Part shown: piece after piece, positions 19,745 to 29,410 of the stretch | How the letters are laid out: each line of letters starts with the position of its first letter | Position numbering within the stretch: the first letter of the stretch is position 1 | DNA from: an uncultured Actinomycetes bacterium | GTDB lineage: Bacteria > Actinomycetota > Acidimicrobiia > Acidimicrobiales > AC-9 | Length of the DNA: 64,000 bases | Reading direction: 5' to 3' | NCBI GenBank assembly: GCA_963717645.1 | Contig: CAVQWQ010000034.1 | Location: 256,232-320,231 of the forward strand | Program-made: the position numbers and the translations under genes | Notes under the pieces: generated by a model | The model's input: only the letters and a program-made list of their open reading frames with translations | What the model was told of the DNA's origin: nothing | The model's database searches: none

Positions 19745-21907
19745 ATGCCAATTGCAATCACTGACACTCACCGTGAGCTCGAGGCCGTCGCACGCGCCGT
19801 GCTCGACAAGGTCGGTGCTCGAGGCGAGGCGCGTCGCTTGCTCGACGCCTCCGAGGAGACGATGCCGCCCTTCTGGGATGATCTTGTGGAGCTCGGGTGG
19901 CTCGGGCTTCACCTTCCCGCGGAGCTGGGAGGTGGCGGCTATGGGTTCCCTGAGCTCGTTCTCATCGTCCAAGAGCTCGGCAGGACCGTGGCACCGGGTC
20001 CATATGTGCCCACGGTGATCGCCTCGGCCACCATCAACATGGGAGGCACATCGGCGCAGAGGAGTGCGTTGCTCCCATCACTCGCCGATGGCAGTCGTAC
20101 AGCGGCCCTCGGCCTCGGCGGCCAACTCCAGTTGAGTGCTGGTGTGCTCGAGGGGGACGCCGGCGTGGTGCTGGGCGCTGGGCTGGCTGACAGCTTCCTG
20201 CTCGGGGTCGGCGACGACATCGTGATCGTCGACAGGCACACCCCGGGGCTCTCGGTCACCGTCTCGGGGAACCTGGACGGCAGCCGTCGTAGTGGCACGG
20301 TGCGGCTGCAGAGCGTCGCTGTCGAGCAGGGGAAGGTCCTCATCGGCGCTGCGCGCACGGCCCGGAGCGTGGCGCGCACCCTACTCGCTGCCGAGGCCGC
20401 CGGAGGGGCCCAGGAATGCGTCGAGCGAGCGACCGAGTACGCGAAGCAGCGGGAGCAGTTCGGACGAGTGATCGGCATGTTCCAGGCCGTCAAGCACCAC
20501 TGCGCCAACATGCTCGTCGCATCCGAGCTGGCCACTGCCGCGGTGTGGGACGCCGCCCGCGCCGCGGGAGGTGCCGCCGAGCAGTTCGAGCTCGCCGGGG
20601 CCGTCGCCGCCGTCGAGGCGGTTCCTGCCTTTCTGGCGAACTCCCAGCTCAACATCCAGGTGCACGGCGGCATCGGATTCACCTGGGAGCACGACGGCCA
20701 CCTGCTGCTCCGCCGAGCAGCGACGCTCGCAGCATTCGTCGACGCCGATGGCGCCACCGCCGACGTTGCCGCCTGGCGTGCGGCCGGCACGACGCGCCAG
20801 CTCGGCCTGGACCTGCCGCCCGAGGCCGAGGCGCTCCGCGCCACGACGCGAGCGGCCGCCGAGGAGATCGCCGCCTTGCCGGCCGAGAAGCAGCGCTCGC
20901 AGCTCATCGACACCGGCTACATCCAACCTCACTGGCCCAAACCCTGGGGGAGGGCGGCGAGCGCGCTCGAACAACTGGTCATCGACGAGGAGTTCGAGCG
21001 AGCCAAGATCACGCGACCTCAGTTCGGCATCACCGGGTGGGTGATCCTGACGCTTACACAGCACTCGAACCCCGATCAGATCGCGCGTTGGGTCCGGCCG
21101 ACCCTCGATGGCGAGATGGTCTGGTGCCAGCTCTTCAGCGAGCCCGACGCCGGATCCGACGCCGCCGGGATCCGGACGCGGGCAGCGCGGGTCGACGGTG
21201 GCTTCCTCGTAAACGGCCAGAAGGTCTGGACGAGCGGCGCCCAACACTGCCACCGCGGTCTGGCGACCGTGCGCACCAATCCCGACGCACCCAAGCACAA
21301 CGGGATCACCACGGTCGTCATCGACATGCATGCGCCCGGAGTCGAGGTTCGCCCATTGCGTGAAGCCTCAGGGATGTCAATGTTCAACGAGGTCTTCTTC
21401 AACGACGTGTTCGTGCCAGATGACGATGTCGTGGGTCCCGTCGACGCCGGCTGGACCGTAGCCCGCTCGACGCTGGGCAACGAGCGAGTCAGCATCGGTG
21501 GCGGTGGCGGCGGGCTCGGCTTCAGGGTGGACCTTGTCGCTCTTCTCGGCGAGCACGGTGGCCGGATCGAAGGGGCCGATGCGTTGGTCGGCGCACATGT
21601 CGCCGAAGAGCAGACGATGCGCGTCCTCAACCTGCGGGCAGCGGAGCGAGCGGTCGCCGGTGGTGAGCCAGGGCCAGAGGGAAACGTCACCAAGCTCCTG
21701 AGCGCCGAGCACATGCAGCGCTGCGCTGACCTCGGGCTGCGGCTCCTGGGACCTGCGGTGGCAAGCCTGGACGGGCCGGGCTTCATGATCGGCCAGATGC
21801 TGATCTTCAGCCGGGCCATGACGATCGCGGGCGGCACCTCAGAGATCACCCGCAACCAGATCGGCGAACGTATCCTCGGACTTCCGAGAGATCCGCTGAT
21901 CCGATGA
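19745..21907 (+). CDS. Double-domain acyl-CoA dehydrogenase (two ACAD modules in one chain; FadE34-like architecture)
   Basis: First half: QFGRVIGMFQAVKHHCANM, a C-terminal ACAD helical domain. Second half: a complete ACAD with WCQLFSEPDAGSD and GGTSEITRNQIGERILGLPRD. Confidence 0.8.
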   Translation: MPIAITDTHRELEAVARAVLDKVGARGEARRLLDASEETMPPFWDDLVELGWLGLHLPAELGGGGYGFPELVLIVQELGRTVAPGPYVPTVIASATINMGGTSAQRSALLPSLADGSRTAALGLGGQLQLSAGVLEGDAGVVLGAGLADSFLLGVGDDIVIVDRHTPGLSVTVSGNLDGSRRSGTVRLQSVAVEQGKVLIGAARTARSVARTLLAAEAAGGAQECVERATEYAKQREQFGRVIGMFQAVKHHCANMLVASELATAAVWDAARAAGGAAEQFELAGAVAAVEAVPAFLANSQLNIQVHGGIGFTWEHDGHLLLRRAATLAAFVDADGATADVAAWRAAGTTRQLGLDLPPEAEALRATTRAAAEEIAALPAEKQRSQLIDTGYIQPHWPKPWGRAASALEQLVIDEEFERAKITRPQFGITGWVILTLTQHSNPDQIARWVRPTLDGEMVWCQLFSEPDAGSDAAGIRTRAARVDGGFLVNGQKVWTSGAQHCHRGLATVRTNPDAPKHNGITTVVIDMHAPGVEVRPLREASGMSMFNEVFFNDVFVPDDDVVGPVDAGWTVARSTLGNERVSIGGGGGGLGFRVDLVALLGEHGGRIEGADALVGAHVAEEQTMRVLNLRAAERAVAGGEPGPEGNVTKLLSAEHMQRCADLGLRLLGPAVASLDGPGFMIGQMLIFSRAMTIAGGTSEITRNQIGERILGLPRDPLIR

Positions 21908-22803
21908 GCTCGTCGCACACCGACGACGGGTCCGCGACCTACCCTCGACCTGCCGACCTCGACCTCATCCCGTTCGAGTTGGGGCCAGGGTCGAACACTG
22001 GTCGCTTCGAGCTCACCGCCGATCTCGCCCGCCACGACGGCGTCCTCTACGGCGGTACCGGTGCCGCGGCGGCGATCATGGCGATGGAAGCAGCGACACA
22101 ACGCGGCACGATCTGGGTCGTGACCCAGTTCGTCGCGCCGGCACGAGTCGGCGAGCACATCAACTGGGTCGTCCACACCCTGGCCCAGGGCGGGCGCATC
22201 GCGCAGCTTCAAGTTGTCGCGACGGTCGATGACCGAACGATCTTCTGCGCGCTCGGGGCTACCGCCGATCCGCGGCCTGGTGGCCTGACTGGGCAATACG
22301 ACACGATGCCGAACGTCACGTCACCGGAGGACAGCCCGCCACTGCGCCAACGGCCAGCCGCGATGGAGCTGCCGGACCTCGGGTTCCACCGGAACCTCGA
22401 GTTCAGAGAGGCCACTTTGGACGCTGGACAACCATCGGGCACAGTCGCGCTCTGGGCGAGGCTCACCTCTGGTGCGGAGCTCACCCGCGCCCGAGTCGCC
22501 TATGTGGCGGACATGGTGCCCATGGCCGTCGCTCGCGGAGCCGGGAAATGGGGAGCGGGGTTCAGCCTCGACAACTCCATGCGATTCGCCACGATCGCGC
22601 CGACCGATTGGGTCCTTCTCGAGCTCCACGGGCAAGTGGCGTCACACGGGTACGGCCACGGCTCACTCTCAGCTTGGACAGTCGACGGGACGCTGGTCGC
22701 TACCGGAAGCCAGACCGCGAACATGACCTACATGTTCGACGCCGATGACGACGACAAGCTCGAGGAGTGGCGCCGACAGATAGTTGACACAGCAACGCCT
22801 TGA
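21904..22803 (+). CDS. Acyl-CoA thioesterase II (double hotdog, TesB-like)
   Basis: Two hotdog halves: GVLYGGTGAAAAIMA and HSLSAWTVDGTLVATGSQTANMTYM. ATGA overlap with the ACAD gene. Confidence 0.75.
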   Translation: MSSSHTDDGSATYPRPADLDLIPFELGPGSNTGRFELTADLARHDGVLYGGTGAAAAIMAMEAATQRGTIWVVTQFVAPARVGEHINWVVHTLAQGGRIAQLQVVATVDDRTIFCALGATADPRPGGLTGQYDTMPNVTSPEDSPPLRQRPAAMELPDLGFHRNLEFREATLDAGQPSGTVALWARLTSGAELTRARVAYVADMVPMAVARGAGKWGAGFSLDNSMRFATIAPTDWVLLELHGQVASHGYGHGSLSAWTVDGTLVATGSQTANMTYMFDADDDDKLEEWRRQIVDTATP

Positions 22804-22849
22804 CCGCTGTTACGAGAGCCTCAAAGGACTTCGATCTCGGGGAGTGCCA

Positions 22850-24115
22850 ATGCCTACGCCGACTACAGCGCAGCTCGTCGATCCGGAGTTCTGGCGCCTG
22901 CCGCTCGCCGAGCGGATGGCACGGTTCGCCGAGCTGCGGGAGACTGCGCCGTTCATACCCGCCAAGTTCGAGAACTTTCTCACCGGCCTCGAGGAGTCTT
23001 TCCAGGTCACGACTCGCTACGCCGAGGTCGTCGACATAAGCCGCCGGCCGCAGGAGTTCTGCTCGGGTCGAGGCGCCGTATCTATACCCGACCTCCCCCT
23101 CGAGATGATGGAATTCTTCGGATCGTTCATCAACATGGACGATCCTCGTCATGCACGCCAGCGGGGTATCGTCGCTCGCTCGTTCACGCCGCGCCAGCTG
23201 CAAGTCGTGCTCGACTCGGTCGAGACGATCTGCGCAGAGGTCATCGACGGTGTGTGCGAACAGGGTGAAGTCGATCTCGTCAGGGCCTTCTCGCAGCCCT
23301 TCCCGCTGCTCGTCATCTGCGACATGATGGGGATCCCCCGCAGCGAGTTCCGCACTGTCCTCGACGCCACGAATGTCATCCTCGGCGCAGGCGACCCGGA
23401 TAGCCTCGGGGGGCGCGACCCCTTCACGGCCATGCTCGAAGCAGGCATGCAGCTGACGTCACTCGTCAACGAGCTCGCCGACAAACGCCGCGCCGAGCCG
23501 AAGAGCGACTTGACGTCAGCGCTGGTGCACGCCGAGGGCGGCGAGGACGCCTTGGCTCCCCACGAGATCGCCCCTTTCTTCATTCTCCTTGCCGTCGCCG
23601 GCAACGACACCACCCGAACCGCGATTAGTCACGGGATGAACCTGCTCTCGCAGAACCCCGATCAGCGACGGGTCTGGCAGGACGACGTCGACGGCGTCAC
23701 GCCAACGGCGGTAGAGGAGATCGTCCGTGTCGCCTCTCCCGTGACGTTCATGCGCCGCACCGCCACCAGGAACACGACCGTATCCGGGCACGAATTCTCC
23801 GAAGGCGACAAGGTGGTGCTGCTCTACGGTGTGGCGAACCGGGACCCACGCGAGTTCGACCACCCCGAGCAGTTCGATGTGCGACGCAACCCGAACGCCC
23901 ACGTCGGCTTCGGTGGTCCGGGACCGCACTTCTGTCTGGGCGCTCACCTCGCCCGCCGGGAGCTGGCGGTGGTCTTTCGGCAGCTTCTGACCCGCTTGCC
24001 CGACATCGAGGTCGTGGGCGAACCCGTGCCCCTCGAGGCCATGGGAATCCCGCTCGTCGGGGGCATCAAGCACCTGACGGTGAGGTTCACACCGACTGCC
24101 GCGTTGGGCGCCTGA
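22850..24115 (+). CDS. Cytochrome P450 (CYP124/125/142-like)
   Basis: FGGPGPHFCLGAHLARRELAVVFRQLL heme loop and AGNDTTR I-helix. Close paralogue of the gene at 46317. Confidence 0.85.
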   Translation: MPTPTTAQLVDPEFWRLPLAERMARFAELRETAPFIPAKFENFLTGLEESFQVTTRYAEVVDISRRPQEFCSGRGAVSIPDLPLEMMEFFGSFINMDDPRHARQRGIVARSFTPRQLQVVLDSVETICAEVIDGVCEQGEVDLVRAFSQPFPLLVICDMMGIPRSEFRTVLDATNVILGAGDPDSLGGRDPFTAMLEAGMQLTSLVNELADKRRAEPKSDLTSALVHAEGGEDALAPHEIAPFFILLAVAGNDTTRTAISHGMNLLSQNPDQRRVWQDDVDGVTPTAVEEIVRVASPVTFMRRTATRNTTVSGHEFSEGDKVVLLYGVANRDPREFDHPEQFDVRRNPNAHVGFGGPGPHFCLGAHLARRELAVVFRQLLTRLPDIEVVGEPVPLEAMGIPLVGGIKHLTVRFTPTAALGA

Positions 24116-24202
24116 CGGCCGGGTCGCGACCCAGATCGTCAGAATGGTTGACACATCAGGCCTCGGCGGCGCCGGACTTATCATGGCATTTGCCCAAGAA
24201 AA

Positions 24203-24222
24203 CATAGTCTTGCTACGTTGAG
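24203..24222. promoter_or_regulatory. Operator-like motif CATAGTCTTGCTACGTTGAG, copy 2 of 2
   Basis: Matches 18973-18992. Lies about 120 nt upstream of the secreted-protein gene. Confidence 0.3.
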
Positions 24223-24342
24223 AAGGAGTGAGCGCTGGGGGTTGTCGATCTGGCCAGCCTGAGCGGGGCCACGTCATGGCTCGGCCGCTGCCCGACGTGG
24301 CCGTGACATGGGGAAGGGGGCCGGCATGAGCTCACTGCGCCG

Positions 24343-25779
24343 GTGCGGTCCTACCGCAGGACCCTCGTCGGGGCCCTCGGCGCCGGTGGGGTGGTGATCG
24401 CCCAGGTCGTCGGCTGGCCGGTGCATGGTGCCGGGGCCCAGAGCGCGCCGGGGTTCGTGGTCGGGACCGCCAACGCCACCTCCCAGGCCATCCAGCTGGC
24501 GCCGAGCACGGGCGGGCTCAGCTACAACGTGACGCTGGCCGAGGCGCTGGCCGGCTATCAGAGCACCGAGGGACAGGCCCAGTCCCAGACCGTCGATCCC
24601 GGGGCCATCGGGCTTTCGTTGACCACCCAGCAGTGCAACGGGGCTCCGGCTCCGGTACAGCAGTCCCAGCTGCCCCAGCCCGCGGTGGCCGAGTCCAACA
24701 ACGGCGACGCCTCCCAGTCCAGGGCCGTCCAGGGCGCCAACGGCGCCGGTGTGGGCACCGAGAACGCGTCGGCGAGGACCACACCGTCGGGCTCGGCCAC
24801 CACGACGCTGACGGGCCTGGAGGTTCCCGGGGTCATCGAGGTCTCCGGCGGGACCTCGACGGCGGCGGCCCAGACGATCGCCAACAAGACCCGGGAGGCA
24901 ACGGCGTCCTCGGAGATCGCCCAGGTCTCGCTGCTCGCAGGCCAGGTGACCCTGGACGGCCTGCAGTGGCACAGCACCCAGCGCACCGGCGACGGGGCCA
25001 CCCAGCAGGGCAGCTTCAGTGTCGGGTCCCTGACCCTGCAGGGCAGGGCCATGCCGGTGGCCCCCGACCAGCTCCCGGCCACCCTCGCCCAGGTGAACAC
25101 GGTGCTGGCACCCACCGGGTTCCACATCACGCCGTCGAGCGCGACGAACCAGAGCGACGGGAGCCTGGTCGAGAGCCCCCTGTCGATCGGCATCGACGCC
25201 TCCGCCCTGGGCCAGCAGGTGCTGGGACCCGGCCTCGCCGCCGTCCAGCCCGTTCGTGACGCCATCACCAAGGCCCTGTTGCAGATCGACTGTCGGATCG
25301 CCATCCCCCTCCTGCTGGGCGACATCGCCGTCGGCCCCCTCGCCGGCGGCGGTGGCCTCGACGTCAACCTGGGGGGAGCGACGTCGCTCACCAACGGCAC
25401 CGCCTACGCCAACCCCTTCGCCGTCGACCTCGGCGCCAGCTCGCTCGGCGCCGGCGGCCCCGATGCAGGCGCCGGCGGCGGTGGCGCGGGAGCCCCCGGG
25501 GTGGGCGGCGCGGTGGGCGGCGCATCGCCGGGGACGGCCCTGGCCGGGTCGACGGCGCCGAGCCCAGGCGCCTCGCCGGGGCGCGCCGGCCCAGCGGGTG
25601 GGGCCGGCACCCCGCTCGGGGCGGTCGAGAACGCCTCCAGCCACCCCGGCGTCGGCGCCGCCGTGCCGGTCGGCCTGGGGGCCCTGGCCCTGGTGCTGGT
25701 GTTGGCCGGCCTGGACTACACCCGGGCCCGGCGCGCCCGGCTCTTCGACCCTGGGGGTTCGGGTGGCCCAACCGGTTGA
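24343..25779 (+). CDS. Secreted Gly/Ala/Ser/Thr/Gln-rich surface protein with N-terminal signal peptide and C-terminal TM anchor plus Arg-rich tail
   Basis: GTG start. Signal n-region RSYRR plus a hydrophobic core. C-terminal GAAVPVGLGALALVLVLAGLDYTRARRAR. The middle is low-complexity. Confidence 0.5.
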   Translation: MRSYRRTLVGALGAGGVVIAQVVGWPVHGAGAQSAPGFVVGTANATSQAIQLAPSTGGLSYNVTLAEALAGYQSTEGQAQSQTVDPGAIGLSLTTQQCNGAPAPVQQSQLPQPAVAESNNGDASQSRAVQGANGAGVGTENASARTTPSGSATTTLTGLEVPGVIEVSGGTSTAAAQTIANKTREATASSEIAQVSLLAGQVTLDGLQWHSTQRTGDGATQQGSFSVGSLTLQGRAMPVAPDQLPATLAQVNTVLAPTGFHITPSSATNQSDGSLVESPLSIGIDASALGQQVLGPGLAAVQPVRDAITKALLQIDCRIAIPLLLGDIAVGPLAGGGGLDVNLGGATSLTNGTAYANPFAVDLGASSLGAGGPDAGAGGGGAGAPGVGGAVGGASPGTALAGSTAPSPGASPGRAGPAGGAGTPLGAVENASSHPGVGAAVPVGLGALALVLVLAGLDYTRARRARLFDPGGSGGPTG

Positions 25780-25807
25780 GCCCCGGCCCACGGCGGCCAA
25801 GATCCGC

Positions 25808-27457
25808 ATGCCCTTCTCGGGCGCCGACAGCCGCCTGCTCAAGGGCTACGGGCCGCTGGTGGCCCTGCTCGTGGCCTTCGTGGCCATGGCCACGATGGTG
25901 CCCACCGCCCACCAGCTGGCCGGCTCGGGGTCGACCTCGGGCGGGCTGTCGGCGGGAAGCGCCGGCGGCGGCGGGTCGGGGACCCTGGCTGGGGCCGCGG
26001 GAGGCTCGGCGGGCTCGGCGGTGGGCCCAGGTCCGGCCGCCGGCGGGTCGGCCGGTGGCGGGGGAACCGGCGGGGGGTCGGCCTCGGGCCACAGCACCCC
26101 CTGTCCGGGTCGCCAGGTCCAAGGCGACCCCTACGCCCCGCCCTGCATCCAGTTCTCGGGCCCCAACGGCGGCGCCACCTCGACGGGGGTCACCGGCGAC
26201 ACCATCAACGTCGCCTACCGGGTCACCAGCGACCCCGGCTTCCAGCAGGCGCTGGCCAGCGTCGGTGGGGCCCAGCTCACCGACTCCCCCCAGGACATCC
26301 AGCGGACGGTCCAGGGCCTGGTCGACTACTTCAACACCCACTTCCAGTTCTACGGGCGCAAGATCAAGGTCAGCGCCTACAACGGACAGGGGAGCCAGAC
26401 CAACGAGCTGTTGGGCCAGGGCCAGGACAAGGCCAACGCCGATGCCATCACCGTGGGCCAGCAGATGCACTCCTTCGCCGAGCTCAACGGCACCACCGAG
26501 CCCTACGCCGACGCCCTGGCCAAACAGCACGTCATCGCCCTGGGCGTGCCCTACCTGTCCCAGCAGTGGATGGCCCAGCGGTCCCCCTACGCCTGGAGCA
26601 TCCTCACCGAGTGCAACGACGTGGTCGACACCACCACCGAGTTCGTCGACAAGGAGCTGGCCGGCCAGCCCGCCACCTTCGCCGGCCAGGGCCTGCAGGG
26701 CAAGCCCCGCAAGTACGCCATCATCGCTCCCGACAACCCCTGGTACCAGGACTGCGCCAACGAGGCGGTCAAGATCGGCGCCCAGCACAACACCCCGGTC
26801 TCTGACGACATCCAGTACCAGCTCAACCTGTCGACCCTGTCGAACCAGGCCGCCTCGGTGATCTCCAAGCTGTCCAACGACGGGATCACCACCATCGTCT
26901 GCGGCTGCGATCCGGTGTTCCCGGTCTACCTCACCTCCCGGGCCCGCGAGCAGGGCTACAACCCCGAGTGGGTCGTCGCCGGCGTGGCCCTCACCGACAC
27001 CGACATCGTGGGCCAGCTGTTCGACCAGAGCCAGTGGTCCCACGCCTTTGGGGTCAGCTACGCCGGGGCCACCCTGCCCAAGCAGGCCACCCTCGGCTAC
27101 AACGCCTACAAGGCGGTGCGACCCGACGAGCCCGCCAACGCCGTGGACCTCATCTACGCCCAGATGTACATGCTGGCCCTCGGCATCCAGATGGCGGGGC
27201 CCAACCTCAGCCCCCAGAGCTTCGAGCAGGGCATGTGGGCCTATCCGGGCAGCATCCCCGGTGCGCCCAACGCCGAGTTCGGGACCTGGCTCATGCCCCA
27301 GGGCCACTTCACCCCCCAGATCGACTCCCAGGTCATCTACTGGGACCCCTCCAAGATCTCGACCTACAACTCCAAGAAGGGCGCCTACGTCGTGGCCAGC
27401 CCCCGCTACCGCTCGGGCCAGTACCCGACCGGGCCCCCCCACGTGTTCGGACACTGA
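25808..27457 (+). CDS. Liv-type (type I periplasmic-binding-fold) solute-binding protein, membrane-anchored by an N-terminal TM and a ~70-aa Gly/Ser linker. Orphan: no permease or ATPase partner is present.
   Basis: N-terminal RLLKGYGPLVALLVAFVAMATMV. The SBP domain begins at INVAYRV, with KYAIIAPDNPWYQDCA and ITTIVCGCDPVFPVY. Confidence 0.65.
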   Translation: MPFSGADSRLLKGYGPLVALLVAFVAMATMVPTAHQLAGSGSTSGGLSAGSAGGGGSGTLAGAAGGSAGSAVGPGPAAGGSAGGGGTGGGSASGHSTPCPGRQVQGDPYAPPCIQFSGPNGGATSTGVTGDTINVAYRVTSDPGFQQALASVGGAQLTDSPQDIQRTVQGLVDYFNTHFQFYGRKIKVSAYNGQGSQTNELLGQGQDKANADAITVGQQMHSFAELNGTTEPYADALAKQHVIALGVPYLSQQWMAQRSPYAWSILTECNDVVDTTTEFVDKELAGQPATFAGQGLQGKPRKYAIIAPDNPWYQDCANEAVKIGAQHNTPVSDDIQYQLNLSTLSNQAASVISKLSNDGITTIVCGCDPVFPVYLTSRAREQGYNPEWVVAGVALTDTDIVGQLFDQSQWSHAFGVSYAGATLPKQATLGYNAYKAVRPDEPANAVDLIYAQMYMLALGIQMAGPNLSPQSFEQGMWAYPGSIPGAPNAEFGTWLMPQGHFTPQIDSQVIYWDPSKISTYNSKKGAYVVASPRYRSGQYPTGPPHVFGH

Positions 27458-27564
27458 GGGGCGGGCCGATGAACGCGCCGACGATCCCAGCCCCGAGAGC
27501 CCGAGAGGATGCGTCACGGCTGGACCGCGAGACAGTCCCTTCGCAGCGCAAGGAGTGAGCGAGC

Positions 27565-28119
27565 ATGTCGGATCAAACGGAGAACCTCGATAGCGCGGCA
27601 GTGCAGCTGCCCAGCGCCGCCGAGGGCCGATGGATACTCGATCCCGAACACTCCTCGATCCGCATTCAGCACAGGACGATGTGGGGGCTCGTCACCGTCA
27701 AGGGCGCATTCACGTCGATCAGCGGTGAGGGCGAAATCCGAGCCGACGGGTCTGCCCGCGGAACCCTCAGCATCGCTGCCGCCTCGGTGGACACAGGCAA
27801 CACCAGACGAGACGTCCACCTGCGGCACATGGACTTCTTCGAAGCGGCCGAGCACCCGTCGATCGTTTTCACTGCGAGTCGCGCCGTCCCTGATGGTCAC
27901 GGCACCGCCAAGGTGGTCGGTGATCTGACGGTCCGCGGCACCACACGGTCCCTGGCCTTCGTCGCCCGCGCCACAGAGGCCACGGCCGAGGCAGTTACCC
28001 TGGTTGCGCGAGTCATGATCGACCGCAGCGCGTTTGACATGACGTGGAACAAGCTCGGCGCGATGAGGGGCTTGACAACCGTGACTGCCACTACCCGCTT
28101 TACCCGCGACGCCGCGTGA
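27565..28119 (+). CDS. YceI-like family protein
   Basis: WILDPEHSSIRIQHRTMWGLVTVKGAF is typical of YceI. Confidence 0.75.
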   Translation: MSDQTENLDSAAVQLPSAAEGRWILDPEHSSIRIQHRTMWGLVTVKGAFTSISGEGEIRADGSARGTLSIAAASVDTGNTRRDVHLRHMDFFEAAEHPSIVFTASRAVPDGHGTAKVVGDLTVRGTTRSLAFVARATEATAEAVTLVARVMIDRSAFDMTWNKLGAMRGLTTVTATTRFTRDAA

Positions 28120-28238
28120 GCGCGCTGCTCGACCTCGGTGCTGATAACGAGTAGCCGAGCACCGACGACCTCTCCATCTCACTGGAGTCGACCTCGGGCC
28201 GTGGACCAACCCTGGTGCCTATGGGCGGCGCGAACGGA

Positions 28239-28616
28239 TCACGTCGGCGCGAATACTGATGCGACTGCGGACGGATCGAGGTACTCGAAGATGCGCACGA
28301 TCCGGCCGTTGGAGACGTGGAAGACGATGCAGACGTCAACGGCCAGCTCGCTTCCGTTCGCATTGCCATGGACGACATGACGTTGCACGACGCCGCCAGG
28401 GAACAGGTGGCGCTCGAGAATCTCGTAGCGCATGCCCTGGACGTTGCTGGACCAGAACCGCAGCAGCTCAGGGCTTGCCGTCTTGTCGAGGGCATTACCG
28501 GTTACGTTGTGCCAGACCTCGACATCGTCCGCGTACAGCGTGCCGATGGCATCGATATCGCCCCGTGTGATCGCTTCGAAGAACGCATCAAGTAGCAGGG
28601 AGGTTCGTTCGGTCAC
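28239..28616 (-). CDS. NTF2-like (SnoaL/DUF4440-type) protein; lower GC3 than its neighbours
   Basis: LLLDAFFEAITRGDIDAIGTLYADDVEVWH. The GTG start overlaps the upstream OMT stop. Confidence 0.5.
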   Translation of the reverse strand: MTERTSLLLDAFFEAITRGDIDAIGTLYADDVEVWHNVTGNALDKTASPELLRFWSSNVQGMRYEILERHLFPGGVVQRHVVHGNANGSELAVDVCIVFHVSNGRIVRIFEYLDPSAVASVFAPT

Positions 28617-29410
28617 GGGTGCGCGGCCTCCGTGGAGGGCACCCCCAGATACGCTGACTCGAGCATCAGGTCCTTGATGAGCGACTGGTATTCCACGTGG
28701 GCGTCGTGCCTGGTCGTACGCCAGGCCGAGCCCTCTTGCGCCGCCATGTAGGTCCGGTAAGCGGGCGCGCCCGGCACCCTGACGTTGTCGGCCACTACGA
28801 CCGCGCCGGGATGCAGCCACCCTCGGCTGAGGATTCGCTCGAGGTCGGGAAGGTACGCATCCTTGTCGTGGTCGAGGAAGACGAAATCGAGCGTCTCGCG
28901 TGCAAAGCCATGATTCGACTCCAGCCGGTTGATTGTCTTGCCTCCGTCTGCCAACGACCCTGTGATCACGGTCACCCTGTCCGTCACACCGGCGTGCTCC
29001 CAGATGCGTCGGGCGATGTTCGCGTTGGCCTCGACGAACTCGATTGAGTAGAGATGCGACTGCTTGGGCATGACTCGGACAGTCCGCAGCGCGCTGTAAC
29101 CACAGTACGTCCCGAGCTCCAGAAGCCGTCGTGGCTGAGCGCGCAGAACAGCCTGATCGAGGATCTCGCCCTTCTCGTCCCCGACATTCATCATGATGCT
29201 GCGGTGATAACAGAAGTCGTCGACCACGCGTACCACGTCGTCAATGTCGCCCTCGCGGGCGTGGCTCGTCACATAGGCGGCCAAGGACTCCTCTCGTCCG
29301 TCCCCGACTTGCCACTCCGTGGTCAGGCGCCTCGTGCCCAGCACCATCCGAAGGGCCGACCACCGGAGAAAAGGGAGTCGCTTGCCTCCGATCTCCAAGA
29401 GTCTGCTCAT
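28613..29410 (-). CDS. Class I SAM-dependent O-methyltransferase (catechol-OMT-like family 3)
   Basis: LLELGTYCGYSAL (motif I) and VFLDHDKDAYLPDL. Local GC of about 62% is below the window average. Confidence 0.75.
   Translation of the reverse strand: MSRLLEIGGKRLPFLRWSALRMVLGTRRLTTEWQVGDGREESLAAYVTSHAREGDIDDVVRVVDDFCYHRSIMMNVGDEKGEILDQAVLRAQPRRLLELGTYCGYSALRTVRVMPKQSHLYSIEFVEANANIARRIWEHAGVTDRVTVITGSLADGGKTINRLESNHGFARETLDFVFLDHDKDAYLPDLERILSRGWLHPGAVVVADNVRVPGAPAYRTYMAAQEGSAWRTTRHDAHVEYQSLIKDLMLESAYLGVPSTEAAHP

Noticed and set aside
24274-27517. Two very long minus-strand ORFs (522 and 709 aa), Gly/Arg/Pro-rich
   Set aside because: Antisense to the surface-protein and SBP genes. Extreme low-complexity composition with no motifs.
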